This document shows positions 30,033-39,014 of a stretch of 64,000 nucleotides of DNA, piece by piece (within the stretch, counting starts at the first letter, position 1; every line of letters begins with the position of its first letter). Under the pieces are notes generated by a model. That model saw only the letters and a list, made by a program, of their open reading frames with translations, was not told the DNA's origin and did no database searches. The translations under genes and the position numbers were made by a program. The DNA comes from Chloroflexota bacterium. GTDB lineage: Bacteria; Chloroflexota; Dehalococcoidia; JACVQG01. Where the stretch lies: the NCBI GenBank assembly GCA_016210545.1, contig JACQTY010000103.1:194-64193 (forward strand), written 5' to 3'.

Positions 30033-31158
30033 AACAGCGCGGCGGCAGACGATTCCGGTGTGCGAGCCCCTCTTGCTGGGGCAGGAATCGGCGTACGTAC
30101 AGGACTGCCTGAGAACAAACTGGATCTCCTCACGCGGCAAGTACATCCAGGAGTTCGAGAGCAAGTTTGCGGCCTATTGCGGCTGTTCTTATGGAGTCAC
30201 CACAACCAACGGCACCACCGCCCTGCACCTGGCCCTGGCGTCCATAGGTATCGGAGAGGGCGATGAGGTGGTCCTTCCTACCTTCACCATGGCTGCGTGC
30301 GTGCTGGCCATTCTGTATACAGGAGCTACCCCTGTTCTGGTAGACAGCGACCCAGACACATGGAACATGGATGTCAGCCAGTTGGAGGCTAGGATTACGC
30401 CGCATACGAAAGCCATAATGCCCGTGCATATCTACGGCCATCCTTGCGACATGTCGCCCATTCTCGACGTCGCTTCCAAACACAGCCTGTGGGTGGTGGA
30501 GGATGCCGCCGAGGCCCACAGCGCCGAATACAAGGGCAAGCGGGTGGGAGGTATTGGCCAGTTGGGGTGTTTCAGCTTTTATGCCAACAAGATCATCACC
30601 ACCGGCGAGGGTGGCATGGTGGTTACCAATGACCCGAAAATTGCTCAGCGGGCTAGAGCCTTGAAGGACCTGGCCCACTCGCCACAGCGGCGCTTCCTGC
30701 ATACCGAGATCGGCTTCAACTACCGCATGACCAACCTTCAGGCGGCTATCGGACTGGCTCAACTGGAGCGTATCAATGAGCTTTCAGAGATGCGGCGGCG
30801 CAATGCCAGTCGCTACAACTCGCTGCTGGCTGGGGTGCCGGGGATAAGACTGCCTGTGGAGAGGGCGTGGGCTCGCAACGTCTACTGGATGTACTCTGTT
30901 GTGATCAAGGACGCGTTTGGAGCCAGCAGGGATGACCTGATGGCCCGGCTAACCCAGCGCGGCATTGAGACGCGCCCCATGTTCATACCCATGCACCAAC
31001 AGCCGGCTTTTCTGCAGCGAGGCCTGTTCACGGGGGAGCGCTATCCGGTTGCCGAGGAACTGTCCGAAAGGGGGCTAAACCTACCGTCAAGCTCTGGCCT
31101 CGGAGACGCTGTGCATGCCGTATGCTCAGCTATCGGCGAAATAGCCGGGGGAGCATAG
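30025..31158 (+). CDS. DegT/DnrJ/EryC1/StrS-family PLP-dependent sugar aminotransferase
   Basis: IPVCEPLLLGQE...TNGTTALHLAL...FSFYANKIITTGEGGMVVTND, and FNYRMTNLQAAIGLAQLE. Confidence 0.85.
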   Translation: MAETARRQTIPVCEPLLLGQESAYVQDCLRTNWISSRGKYIQEFESKFAAYCGCSYGVTTTNGTTALHLALASIGIGEGDEVVLPTFTMAACVLAILYTGATPVLVDSDPDTWNMDVSQLEARITPHTKAIMPVHIYGHPCDMSPILDVASKHSLWVVEDAAEAHSAEYKGKRVGGIGQLGCFSFYANKIITTGEGGMVVTNDPKIAQRARALKDLAHSPQRRFLHTEIGFNYRMTNLQAAIGLAQLERINELSEMRRRNASRYNSLLAGVPGIRLPVERAWARNVYWMYSVVIKDAFGASRDDLMARLTQRGIETRPMFIPMHQQPAFLQRGLFTGERYPVAEELSERGLNLPSSSGLGDAVHAVCSAIGEIAGGA

Positions 31159-32279
31159 ACGAGACGTTGCACATAGCCATTGATGGCTGGCCCCTTGGGG
31201 AAAGGATGAAGGGGGGAACGTCTGTATACACACTTAACCTGGTAAACTGGTTGCCCCGGGTGGACAGCTCCAACGAGTATACCGTGTATCAACCCTTGGG
31301 AGCGACATGGGGGGCGCGGCCAGGCGTCGCCAACCTTACTGTCAGGAGCCTCCCTTCCGGCATTGCGGGCTATTATGCGAGTCTCTATAGAGAAATCAAG
31401 CGCAAAAAACCGCGGATTCTCCTGTCCGGAGTTCTTCCGTTTACGCCGAAATCGGTAAGGCTCGCCCTGGTGGTATATACACTATCGCACATGGTCTACG
31501 GAAGATACGTCCCTCCGATTAGCAGGGCTGTGTGGTCGTCCCTTACGTCTCTGGGCATGCGCCGGGCCTCGCACGTCATTGCTCTGTCGCAGTCGGGCAA
31601 GAGAGACATAGAGCGTCTTTTCGGGGCTGGTCACCCGGTAAGCGTTGTCTATCCGGGGTGCGACGGTGAGACCTTCAGACCAGTTGAAAACAAGGGCGAC
31701 ATAGAACCGGTCAAGGAGAAATACGGGGTGGACGGACCCTACATCCTGTACGCAGGGGTTCTGGAGCCACGGAAAGACCTGGCTACACTGGTGAAGGCCG
31801 TGGCCACATTGCGTCGCGACCGCGGCGTCAACCACAAACTCGTGATTGGCGGCCGGAACGGCTGGCGCTGCCAGGACGTCTTTCGAGTGGCCCGGAAGTC
31901 TGGGCTTGGGAGTAACGTTGTCTTCACCGGCTACGTTCCCTATCCGGACTATCCTCGGCTGCTGGCCGGCGCGGACGTGTTCGTATACCCGTCCCTGCAC
32001 GAAGGTTTCGGCCTGCCGGTGCTGGAGGCCATGTCCTGCGGCGTACCGGTTATCACATGCAATACGTCCTGTTTCCCGGAGGTGGTCGGGGATGCAGGGC
32101 TAATGGTGGAGCCGGGCAACGTGTCACAGATGGGGGAGGCCATCCTGAGAGTCATCTCCGACTCCACGCTGAGTCGCCAGATGGTAAATAAGGGTTTGCA
32201 GAGGGCGGCCCAGTTCACCTGGGAGCGGACAGCCCGGCAGACCCTGCAAGTATTTGGAAAGCTCATCGAGGAAAACTGA
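31122..32279 (+). CDS. glycosyltransferase family 4
   Basis: C-terminal FVYPSLHEGFGLPVLEAMSCGVPVI (EX7E). The true start is possibly TTG at about 31167 (MHIAIDGWPL). Confidence 0.8.
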   Translation: MLSYRRNSRGSIDETLHIAIDGWPLGERMKGGTSVYTLNLVNWLPRVDSSNEYTVYQPLGATWGARPGVANLTVRSLPSGIAGYYASLYREIKRKKPRILLSGVLPFTPKSVRLALVVYTLSHMVYGRYVPPISRAVWSSLTSLGMRRASHVIALSQSGKRDIERLFGAGHPVSVVYPGCDGETFRPVENKGDIEPVKEKYGVDGPYILYAGVLEPRKDLATLVKAVATLRRDRGVNHKLVIGGRNGWRCQDVFRVARKSGLGSNVVFTGYVPYPDYPRLLAGADVFVYPSLHEGFGLPVLEAMSCGVPVITCNTSCFPEVVGDAGLMVEPGNVSQMGEAILRVISDSTLSRQMVNKGLQRAAQFTWERTARQTLQVFGKLIEEN

Positions 32280-33725
32280 TTGTTCAAGAGAGTTTTGTTT
32301 TGCGTCCCAGAATCGCCCAATATAGATAAGGATCCGCCTCAGATACCTCACATTGGCTTCGGGTATCTCATGGAGGTCCTTGACCAGCACCACATCGAAA
32401 ACGACGTGATCGACATGAGGCTGGGATACAAGTTTGCCGATGTAAAGAAGAAACTGGACAGCTTCAAGCCGGACCTGGTGGGCGTCACCATGTGGACATA
32501 CTACCACGAGCTGGCTTACGACCTCGTTAAGAAACTCAAGGCCGAGGGCTATACGGTGGTCGTGGGCGGCCCTCACGTATCAACCTTTGGCGGCGGCGTG
32601 CTCGAGGAATGTCAAGCGGACTTTGCCGTCAAGCATGAGGGCGAGTTTACCATCATGGACCTGTGCACCCGTAGCGATTGGGACAAGATTGAGGGCATCG
32701 CCTACCGCCGCGACGGGCATGTGATGGAGAACCCTGACCGGCCCCGCATCCACGACCTGGACAGCCTGCAATTTCCCAGGTATGCCAGGTTCGAGCTGCC
32801 CAGGTACGCCCGCAAGATGATCTCCATCGTGACGTCGAGGGGGTGCCCCTACAACTGCACCTTTTGCCCTATCAAGACCGTTCTGGGGAAGCTCTATGTG
32901 TTCCGCAGTGCGAAGAGTGTAGCCGAAGAGATAAATTACTGGTATGAACACGGCTACCGTGAACTGGACATCGTGGATGACAACTTTGCGGTGCGGCGAG
33001 AGCGGGTCTATGAGATATGCGATCTCCTGAAGGGAAAACATTTCAACTCCCTCAAGCTCGTTTGCTGCAATGGAATTCGGGCTGACCTGGTGGACGAGGA
33101 CATCCTCAAGCGCATGTACGAGGTTGGCTTCAGAGAGATAGCCTTTGGCGTGGAATCGGGGAACTCCCAGGTCTTGAAAACGGTCAAGAAAGCCGAGGAT
33201 GTTGCTCGCATAGAGAGAAGCATCGACGCTGCCTGCAAGCTGGGTTATGAAGTGACCCTGTTTTTCATCGTCGGCCTGCCGGGTGAGACGTTGGAGTCGC
33301 TGGAGGACTCGATAAAGCTGGCCTACAAATACCCCATAGCCAGGGCCAAATTCATGAACCTGGTGCCATTCCCGGCCACGGAACTGTTCGATTGGGCCGT
33401 AAAGAACAATTATCTTACAAAAGACCCCAAGGAGTATTTGAACCATATCGCCCATCACGAGTTCGAGCCTCTACTTTCCACTCCCGAGTACACTGTGGAG
33501 CAAAGGCGGAAGGGTCTGGCCCGAGCCAAGAAGGCGATGGCGGATATCAAGAAGCGGAGCGTGGCCCGGCAGCTCGGGAATAGCCCAGTTAGCCGGCTCA
33601 TGGCCAGTTTGATTTACTCGGGTCCGATACACGGGTTCATATTTGCCGTACTGAATACCAGCCCGCCTCTGCGCCGGCTGACAAACAAGGTATTGAACAG
33701 ACTGGGTCTGGTGTTCTATGAATAG
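32280..33725 (+). CDS. B12-binding domain radical SAM protein, paralog 3
   Basis: TTG start directly after the upstream TGA. GGPHVS and the CxxxCxxC motif GCPYNCTFC, FGVESGNS and IVGLPGET. Confidence 0.85.
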   Translation: MFKRVLFCVPESPNIDKDPPQIPHIGFGYLMEVLDQHHIENDVIDMRLGYKFADVKKKLDSFKPDLVGVTMWTYYHELAYDLVKKLKAEGYTVVVGGPHVSTFGGGVLEECQADFAVKHEGEFTIMDLCTRSDWDKIEGIAYRRDGHVMENPDRPRIHDLDSLQFPRYARFELPRYARKMISIVTSRGCPYNCTFCPIKTVLGKLYVFRSAKSVAEEINYWYEHGYRELDIVDDNFAVRRERVYEICDLLKGKHFNSLKLVCCNGIRADLVDEDILKRMYEVGFREIAFGVESGNSQVLKTVKKAEDVARIERSIDAACKLGYEVTLFFIVGLPGETLESLEDSIKLAYKYPIARAKFMNLVPFPATELFDWAVKNNYLTKDPKEYLNHIAHHEFEPLLSTPEYTVEQRRKGLARAKKAMADIKKRSVARQLGNSPVSRLMASLIYSGPIHGFIFAVLNTSPPLRRLTNKVLNRLGLVFYE

Positions 33726-33842
33726 TCGATCCTCATGGGAAAGGCTCATTGCAGAAAGACCGAACCGGGGGTGATCTCCTGTGAGCTATGAACACAACGA
33801 GACGGTGAGGCCATGTTCCCAGAGGTCATTGCACTGTGAATT

Positions 33843-35351
33843 GTGCTTGAAAGGGCAACGATGAAGGGCAGTTCAATAAAGAAAGTTCTACTAATTAATC
33901 CTCCGTGGTACAGAATATTCGGTGAAAGTATGTATAACAATCCTTTGGGGATATCCTATTTAGCTGGCGTGCTAGAGCAGAGTGGCATAGAGGTATCAAT
34001 CTATAATCCGGACATTGTTACCAGAGGTAAGAAATCCACGGATGAGAGTCGTATTCCCAAATACCATACCTACATAAATACCCTGCGTAGTCTGGAGCAT
34101 CCGTTGTGGAGCGAGGTTGAAACCGTAATTGCTCGACATCAGCCCGACCTTGTAGGTATCACTGTGATGACGGCCAGATACGGATCAGCATTGAACGTGA
34201 GCAAGATTGTGAAGAGGCTGTCTAAAGACGTGCCGGTTGTATGGGGCGGGATACACCCTACAATCATGGCAGATGACTGTTTGAAACACCCTGAAGTGGA
34301 CGTAGTCGTAAGAGGCGAAGGGGAATACGTTTTCAAGAACCTAGTAGAACACTTCGGACAGTTCGGTAGTATGGCCGGAATCTCCTACAGAGATGGCACC
34401 AAGTTCGTGCACAATCCTCCAATGCCATTAATTCACAATCTGGACAGCCTGCCGTTCCCCGCCAAGCACCTCATTGTTGACAAAGAAAAAATGCCAAGGG
34501 AGAGTTTCGGGAACATATTGGGTGCTAGGGGCTGCCCTTTCGATTGCATATTCTGTGGAGCGCACCTCATCTGGTCCCACAAGGTAAGACATCGTTCCCC
34601 AGAGAATGTTGTCAGAGAAATAAGGGAGACGAAAAACAATTTCAGAACTAACTACTTTGTCTTTGAAGATGATACCTTTACCGTGAACAAGAAATATGTA
34701 TTGGCGTTGTGTGACCTTCTGATAAAAGAGAGGATGCGTATACTGTGGAGTTGTAAGACGAGGGCTGACCTGATCAGTGATGATTTGATTGCTAAAATGA
34801 GGGAAGCGGGCTGCGATTCAATCGAAATCGGGATCGAATCAGGCAGTGACGAGACACTACAAAAGATGAAAAAGGGCATCACTACAGAACAGGTGGTTCT
34901 GGCAAAGGCGCTCTTGGAAAAATATAAGATAAAAATGGAGTCAGGCTTCATGTTTGGTTTCCCATGGGAAACCAAAGAAGACTTCCAAGAAACGACTGCC
35001 TTTATGAAAAAGGTGTCTCCATTGTGGCCTATGTACAGCATCGTTACACCCTACCCGGGTACTGAGCTTTACGACATGGCAGTTGCCCAGCGCCTCATCC
35101 CTGATAACCCGGATTGGAGCACGTTTTACCCTGAAAGAGAAGGCGGATACCTATCGAAGGGCGTACCACAGGATGAAGCAGAGAAAGTTTTCTCTCAGAT
35201 TGAAAAGGAGTTCACCCAATATACAAGAAGGCAAAAGAGGAGAATCCTTCTTTCGCACCCCTGGTACGTCTTTCTAAGGACCAAGAATACGGGCTATTTT
35301 AACATACGCACCATATGGAGTTTCCTCAGGAAATACCTTTGGGTTAAGTAG
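33843..35351 (+). CDS. B12-binding domain radical SAM protein, paralog 4 (low-GC copy)
   Basis: VLLINPPWYRIFGE..., GGIHPT and GCPFDCIFC. Closest to paralog 1 but encoded with AT-rich codons (about 45% GC versus about 60% in the flanks). Confidence 0.85.
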   Translation: MLERATMKGSSIKKVLLINPPWYRIFGESMYNNPLGISYLAGVLEQSGIEVSIYNPDIVTRGKKSTDESRIPKYHTYINTLRSLEHPLWSEVETVIARHQPDLVGITVMTARYGSALNVSKIVKRLSKDVPVVWGGIHPTIMADDCLKHPEVDVVVRGEGEYVFKNLVEHFGQFGSMAGISYRDGTKFVHNPPMPLIHNLDSLPFPAKHLIVDKEKMPRESFGNILGARGCPFDCIFCGAHLIWSHKVRHRSPENVVREIRETKNNFRTNYFVFEDDTFTVNKKYVLALCDLLIKERMRILWSCKTRADLISDDLIAKMREAGCDSIEIGIESGSDETLQKMKKGITTEQVVLAKALLEKYKIKMESGFMFGFPWETKEDFQETTAFMKKVSPLWPMYSIVTPYPGTELYDMAVAQRLIPDNPDWSTFYPEREGGYLSKGVPQDEAEKVFSQIEKEFTQYTRRQKRRILLSHPWYVFLRTKNTGYFNIRTIWSFLRKYLWVK

Positions 35352-35484
35352 CCGTAGGCAAGCCGTAGGACGTGCACGATGGGGCTAGGCCGGGGACGTG
35401 CCTGGTGGCGACTGGAAGGAAAGCAAACTAATGCTTAGTTGCGGAAACAAATCGCCAATGCTGCCGCCGACGGAACGAAGTCCA

Positions 35485-35512
35485 TATACCCCAGGTTTAA
35501 ACCTGGGGTATA
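35485..35512. promoter_or_regulatory. perfect 28-bp palindrome (candidate dimeric-regulator operator or RNA hairpin)
   Basis: TATACCCCAGGTTTAAACCTGGGGTATA, centred on GTTTAAAC, in a 330-bp intergenic region with further hairpins (GCAAACTAA/TTAGTTGC, TCTTGATT/ATCAAGA, TTGCCCGCGCC/GGCGCCGGGCAA). Confidence 0.4.
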
Positions 35513-35677
35513 GTGAGAATGAATGTCCAATGATTCTTGCAACTGAGGATTAGCCGTGGAGAGGGCGGCTCGTAACGAGCGCAAATGTTGGGCTGTGTCT
35601 TGATTCCAGATCAAGACGGTTAGGGAACTCTGAGTACCGACCGCTAACTTTTTCTTGCCCGCGCCGTTTTACCAGAG

Positions 35678-36454
35678 GTGGCGCCGGGCAAACGTACTAA
35701 AAGGAAAAGGACGTTGGAAAACAACATATGGCAGAAACGGGCTGGACTCTACGACAAGTTGGAGTGGGTCCGCAAGGATGATTTCCTGGATTTCTTCAAG
35801 CGATCTTGCAATGTAAGAGATTGCCACTCTGTCCTGGATATGGGCTGTGGCACCGGTATAGTAACTGAAATTCTAGCCGGACATGTGAAGCTGTTCATAG
35901 GTATCGACGACTCGATCGCGATGCTGCACGAAGCAACAGCCAAAAGCTCTCCGAATGGGAAGCGGGCGCACTATCTGCTTCAGGACGCGCAGGTCATGGC
36001 ATTTCCGGATGACGTCTTCGATCTGGTAACCGCCCGCATGTCATGCCACCATATAAACGATGTGCAGCAGTCGGTACGCGAAGCCTACCGGGTACTGAGA
36101 CCGGGAGGAAGGCTGCTGGTTTGCGAGGGGGTGCCGCCGGATGAGAGGGTGAGAGAAAGATACAAGCAGATATTCGCGTTGAAGGAGAAGAGGCACACTT
36201 TTCTGGAGGCCGACCTGGTTGACCACCTGTCGCGCGCCGGCTACAAGAACATAGCCGTGGCCCCTTACTTCATGCGGGGCGTCAGCCTCATGAACTGGCT
36301 GACCAATTCGGCGGTGAAGGATGGCGTGGCGCAGGAGATATTCCGTCTCCATCGCAATGCCGACAAGCATTTCAAGAAGGTCTACAATTTGCAGATACTG
36401 GACGGAGACATTATCATGGACTGGAAATTCGTCATCGTAACAGGGGATAAATGA
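35678..36454 (+). CDS. class I SAM-dependent methyltransferase (type 11-like)
   Basis: VLDMGCGTGIV (motif I), LRPGGRLLV (post-I/III). The probable real start is TTG at about 35714, after an AAAGGAAAAGGA SD. Confidence 0.75.
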   Translation: MAPGKRTKRKRTLENNIWQKRAGLYDKLEWVRKDDFLDFFKRSCNVRDCHSVLDMGCGTGIVTEILAGHVKLFIGIDDSIAMLHEATAKSSPNGKRAHYLLQDAQVMAFPDDVFDLVTARMSCHHINDVQQSVREAYRVLRPGGRLLVCEGVPPDERVRERYKQIFALKEKRHTFLEADLVDHLSRAGYKNIAVAPYFMRGVSLMNWLTNSAVKDGVAQEIFRLHRNADKHFKKVYNLQILDGDIIMDWKFVIVTGDK

Positions 36455-37317
36455 AGTTCACCGGGCCTACCATAGTGGAACTGCGCGCTTCTTACCCTCC
36501 GGAGAAGCAGAGATTCGATAGCGGGAACCTGTGGGGCTTCCTGGTTATGCGCAGAACGTCATTCTACCCTACATGGCTACTGGTGCGGCTGGGCTTATCG
36601 GCCAACACTGTGACTGCCCTGAGTTTCGTTGTGGGGCTGGCCGGAGCCGCCTTACTGGTCGCCGCCTGGCGCGACGCGTTGCCCTTAGCCGGCGCGGTAC
36701 TGGTGAACCTGTGGAACTGGCTCGACTACGTGGACGGGAACATAGCCAGATATAAGCGATCCGAAAGCAGCTACGGCCACTTGCTCGACCAGACCGTAGG
36801 CAGTGTCGTCGTGGTCTTGTTCGGTATCGCGGCGGGGCTAAGCGTCTACTACGACCGCGGTTCAGTGTTGGCGCCGTTTTTCAGGCACCTGGGGATACGC
36901 CGGTGGCTGTTTGTGGTATTGGCCCTGAGCGGGGTATGGTCATATACACTCCGTTTCTTGCTGAGGCAGTCGCGGGAGCAATTCGCGAACCTCTTCCCCC
37001 GGGCAGACGTTTCCAGTCGCCGACAGAGCGCAGTGGAAAGGGGCAGCGTAGTCTTTTCCTCGTGGGTCGACCATGCCATATCGCTGTTGCCGCCTTTGCT
37101 GCTCGTCGCGGCTATAATGGACGGCATGGCCGGGTTCGTCATTCTCTATGCGCTCCTCTTTGGCCTTAGCGCTATCATAGCTTTGGTGCAGTTCGGAGCG
37201 CTGGTGCAGAGCCATTTGCCAGGGAAGGCAAGTAATGTTAGACACGGCGGCAACACTGCGTTGAACCCCGGCCCCAACAGCCACAGAGAGGGCCACGGGC
37301 GAAGCCAACATGACTAA
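36451..37317 (+). CDS. CDP-alcohol phosphatidyltransferase family membrane protein
   Basis: D-x2-DG-x2-AR...G-x3-D-x3-D signature LDYVDGNIARYKRSESSYGHLLDQTVGSVVVV, with about 6 TM helices. ATGA overlap with the upstream methyltransferase, and an 8-nt overlap with the downstream cytidylyltransferase. Confidence 0.7.
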   Translation: MKFTGPTIVELRASYPPEKQRFDSGNLWGFLVMRRTSFYPTWLLVRLGLSANTVTALSFVVGLAGAALLVAAWRDALPLAGAVLVNLWNWLDYVDGNIARYKRSESSYGHLLDQTVGSVVVVLFGIAAGLSVYYDRGSVLAPFFRHLGIRRWLFVVLALSGVWSYTLRFLLRQSREQFANLFPRADVSSRRQSAVERGSVVFSSWVDHAISLLPPLLLVAAIMDGMAGFVILYALLFGLSAIIALVQFGALVQSHLPGKASNVRHGGNTALNPGPNSHREGHGRSQHD

Positions 37318-38008
37318 GCCAAATGTAGTGGGCATAGTGCCCGCCCGGGGCGGCTCTAAAGGCATACCCAGAAAGAACATCAGGCCTCTTTTGGGAAAGC
37401 CGCTGATACACTATACTCTTAGCGCGGCTCTACGATGTAAAGCTCTTGACAGGGTAGTGGTATCTACCGAAGATGAGGAGATAGCCAGAATAGCCAAAGC
37501 ATGCGGCGCCGAGGTAGTTGCCAGGCCCGGAGAACTGGCTCAAGATGATACACCTTCGATCCCTGTGTTCCGCCACGTGGTCGAACACCTGAAGCGTGAA
37601 GAGGGCTACCTGGCGGACATCATCGTTGTTCTCCAGCCCACCTCGCCCTTGAGGAAAGCGGAGGACATCGAGGCCGGAATCAGAAAATACCAGGGCAATC
37701 CCTGCGACTCGGTGATCAGCGTCTGCCCGGTGGAGCACCCGCCGCAGTGGATGTACCGCCTGGAAGGTGATAGAATGGTAGCTTTGCTGGGCGAGGACAA
37801 GCGGGTGTTGCGCCGACAAGACGCACCGACGGTATACCGGCTCAACGGGGCAGTGTATGTAGTGGGCAGGGACTGGCTGATGGCCAAAGACTGGCTTATC
37901 GGAGACAATTCCTTGGCTTTCGTGATGGCCCCGGAGCGGTCGCTGGATATAGATACGGAGATGGACTTGGTCATAGCTGAGGCTTTTCTGAGAGGAAGGC
38001 CAGGCTAA
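37310..38008 (+). CDS. acylneuraminate cytidylyltransferase family (NeuA/PseF/LegF-like CMP-sugar synthetase)
   Basis: N-terminal VGIVPARGGSKGIPRKNI signature of the CTP_transf_3 family. 232 aa. Confidence 0.8.
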   Translation: MTKPNVVGIVPARGGSKGIPRKNIRPLLGKPLIHYTLSAALRCKALDRVVVSTEDEEIARIAKACGAEVVARPGELAQDDTPSIPVFRHVVEHLKREEGYLADIIVVLQPTSPLRKAEDIEAGIRKYQGNPCDSVISVCPVEHPPQWMYRLEGDRMVALLGEDKRVLRRQDAPTVYRLNGAVYVVGRDWLMAKDWLIGDNSLAFVMAPERSLDIDTEMDLVIAEAFLRGRPG

Positions 38009-38150
38009 TACGAACGCGGCAGTGGGTGCAAGAACACTCTGGGTATTGTATATTTATCTTGAGCCAGAGCCATCACGGGGACGTTCAAGAAACTATCTGC
38101 ACTGGACCGGTCTCGCTAGTGGAAGATTGCTTATTGGGGGATAGAGCCAT

Positions 38151-39014
38151 ATGGGGACGAGGTGGGGGAAAGTTAAAGTTGACATATCGCAGGTCTACGC
38201 GGAAGTAACAAGTTGCGCTTCGTCCTTCCCCGAGGTAGAGGCTGTGCTTCTCTTTGGTTCTCGCGCTCGCCAGGAGGAAACCCCTCTGAGTGATGTGGAC
38301 CTGGCCTATCTCCTGGAAAAGGGGTTGGCGCCGTCTACCGAGGCAGAGATAGACACAAAGCTCTACAATGGGATAAGCCGAATCCTGGGCACTGATGAGA
38401 TAACACTATTAGACCTCGGTAAAGCTCCTCTTTCCATAGCCTTCTCTGTGTTTCAGGAGGGGAGGGTGTTGTTCTCCCGGAATCCCCAAAGGTTGGCGGC
38501 TCTTCAGGAACGAACGTTGATTCTCTATCCTGAAATCCACCGGTTCAGGACTGAAACGCTCGCCGAGTTTGAGAGGAGCTTAAAGGGGGGGCAGATGGAT
38601 GTCTCGCGGGAGAGAATCCTTTATTACTTGCGCTTCGTCAAAGAAGAGGTAACCAGATTGAAAGAACTGGCAAACCTAACCAAAGAGGAGTATCTCGCCA
38701 ACAGCGATAGCCAGATAGTGGCCGAGAGAAGATTTCAGAGAGCCGTGGAAAGCTGTCTCAACATAGGCAATCATATTATCTCCAAACAGGGACTAAGGCT
38801 GGCTGAGGATTATGCATCCGTGTTTAGGGTCCTGGCTGAGTCTCACATCATATCCGGGAAACTTGCTGAGCGGATGTCTGATATGGCCAGGTTCAGGAAT
38901 CTCCTGGTCCACGTCTACTGGAATATTGACCACGAAAAGATATATGAGCAGATGCCTGAAAGAATCAGCGCCCTGGACTCTTTCATAGATGAAATCCACA
39001 CATTTATTACTTAG
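38151..39014 (+). CDS. fused minimal nucleotidyltransferase (MntA-like) - HepT/DUF86 (HEPN) protein
   Basis: N-terminal LLFGSRARQEETPLSDVDLAYLL (GS...D.D Pol-beta NTase motif). C-terminal RFRNLLVHVYWNIDHEKIY (Rx4HxY HEPN motif). About 50% GC versus about 60% upstream. Confidence 0.7.
   Translation: MGTRWGKVKVDISQVYAEVTSCASSFPEVEAVLLFGSRARQEETPLSDVDLAYLLEKGLAPSTEAEIDTKLYNGISRILGTDEITLLDLGKAPLSIAFSVFQEGRVLFSRNPQRLAALQERTLILYPEIHRFRTETLAEFERSLKGGQMDVSRERILYYLRFVKEEVTRLKELANLTKEEYLANSDSQIVAERRFQRAVESCLNIGNHIISKQGLRLAEDYASVFRVLAESHIISGKLAERMSDMARFRNLLVHVYWNIDHEKIYEQMPERISALDSFIDEIHTFIT

Noticed and set aside
35352-35677. RNase P RNA, tmRNA or 6S RNA in the 330-bp structured spacer
   Set aside because: The conserved P4 strings (GGAAAGTCCGGGC / ACAGAACCCGGCTTA) and the tmRNA 5' end and tag-reading-frame features are absent. 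Only a loose resemblance (GTAACGAGCGCA) was seen.
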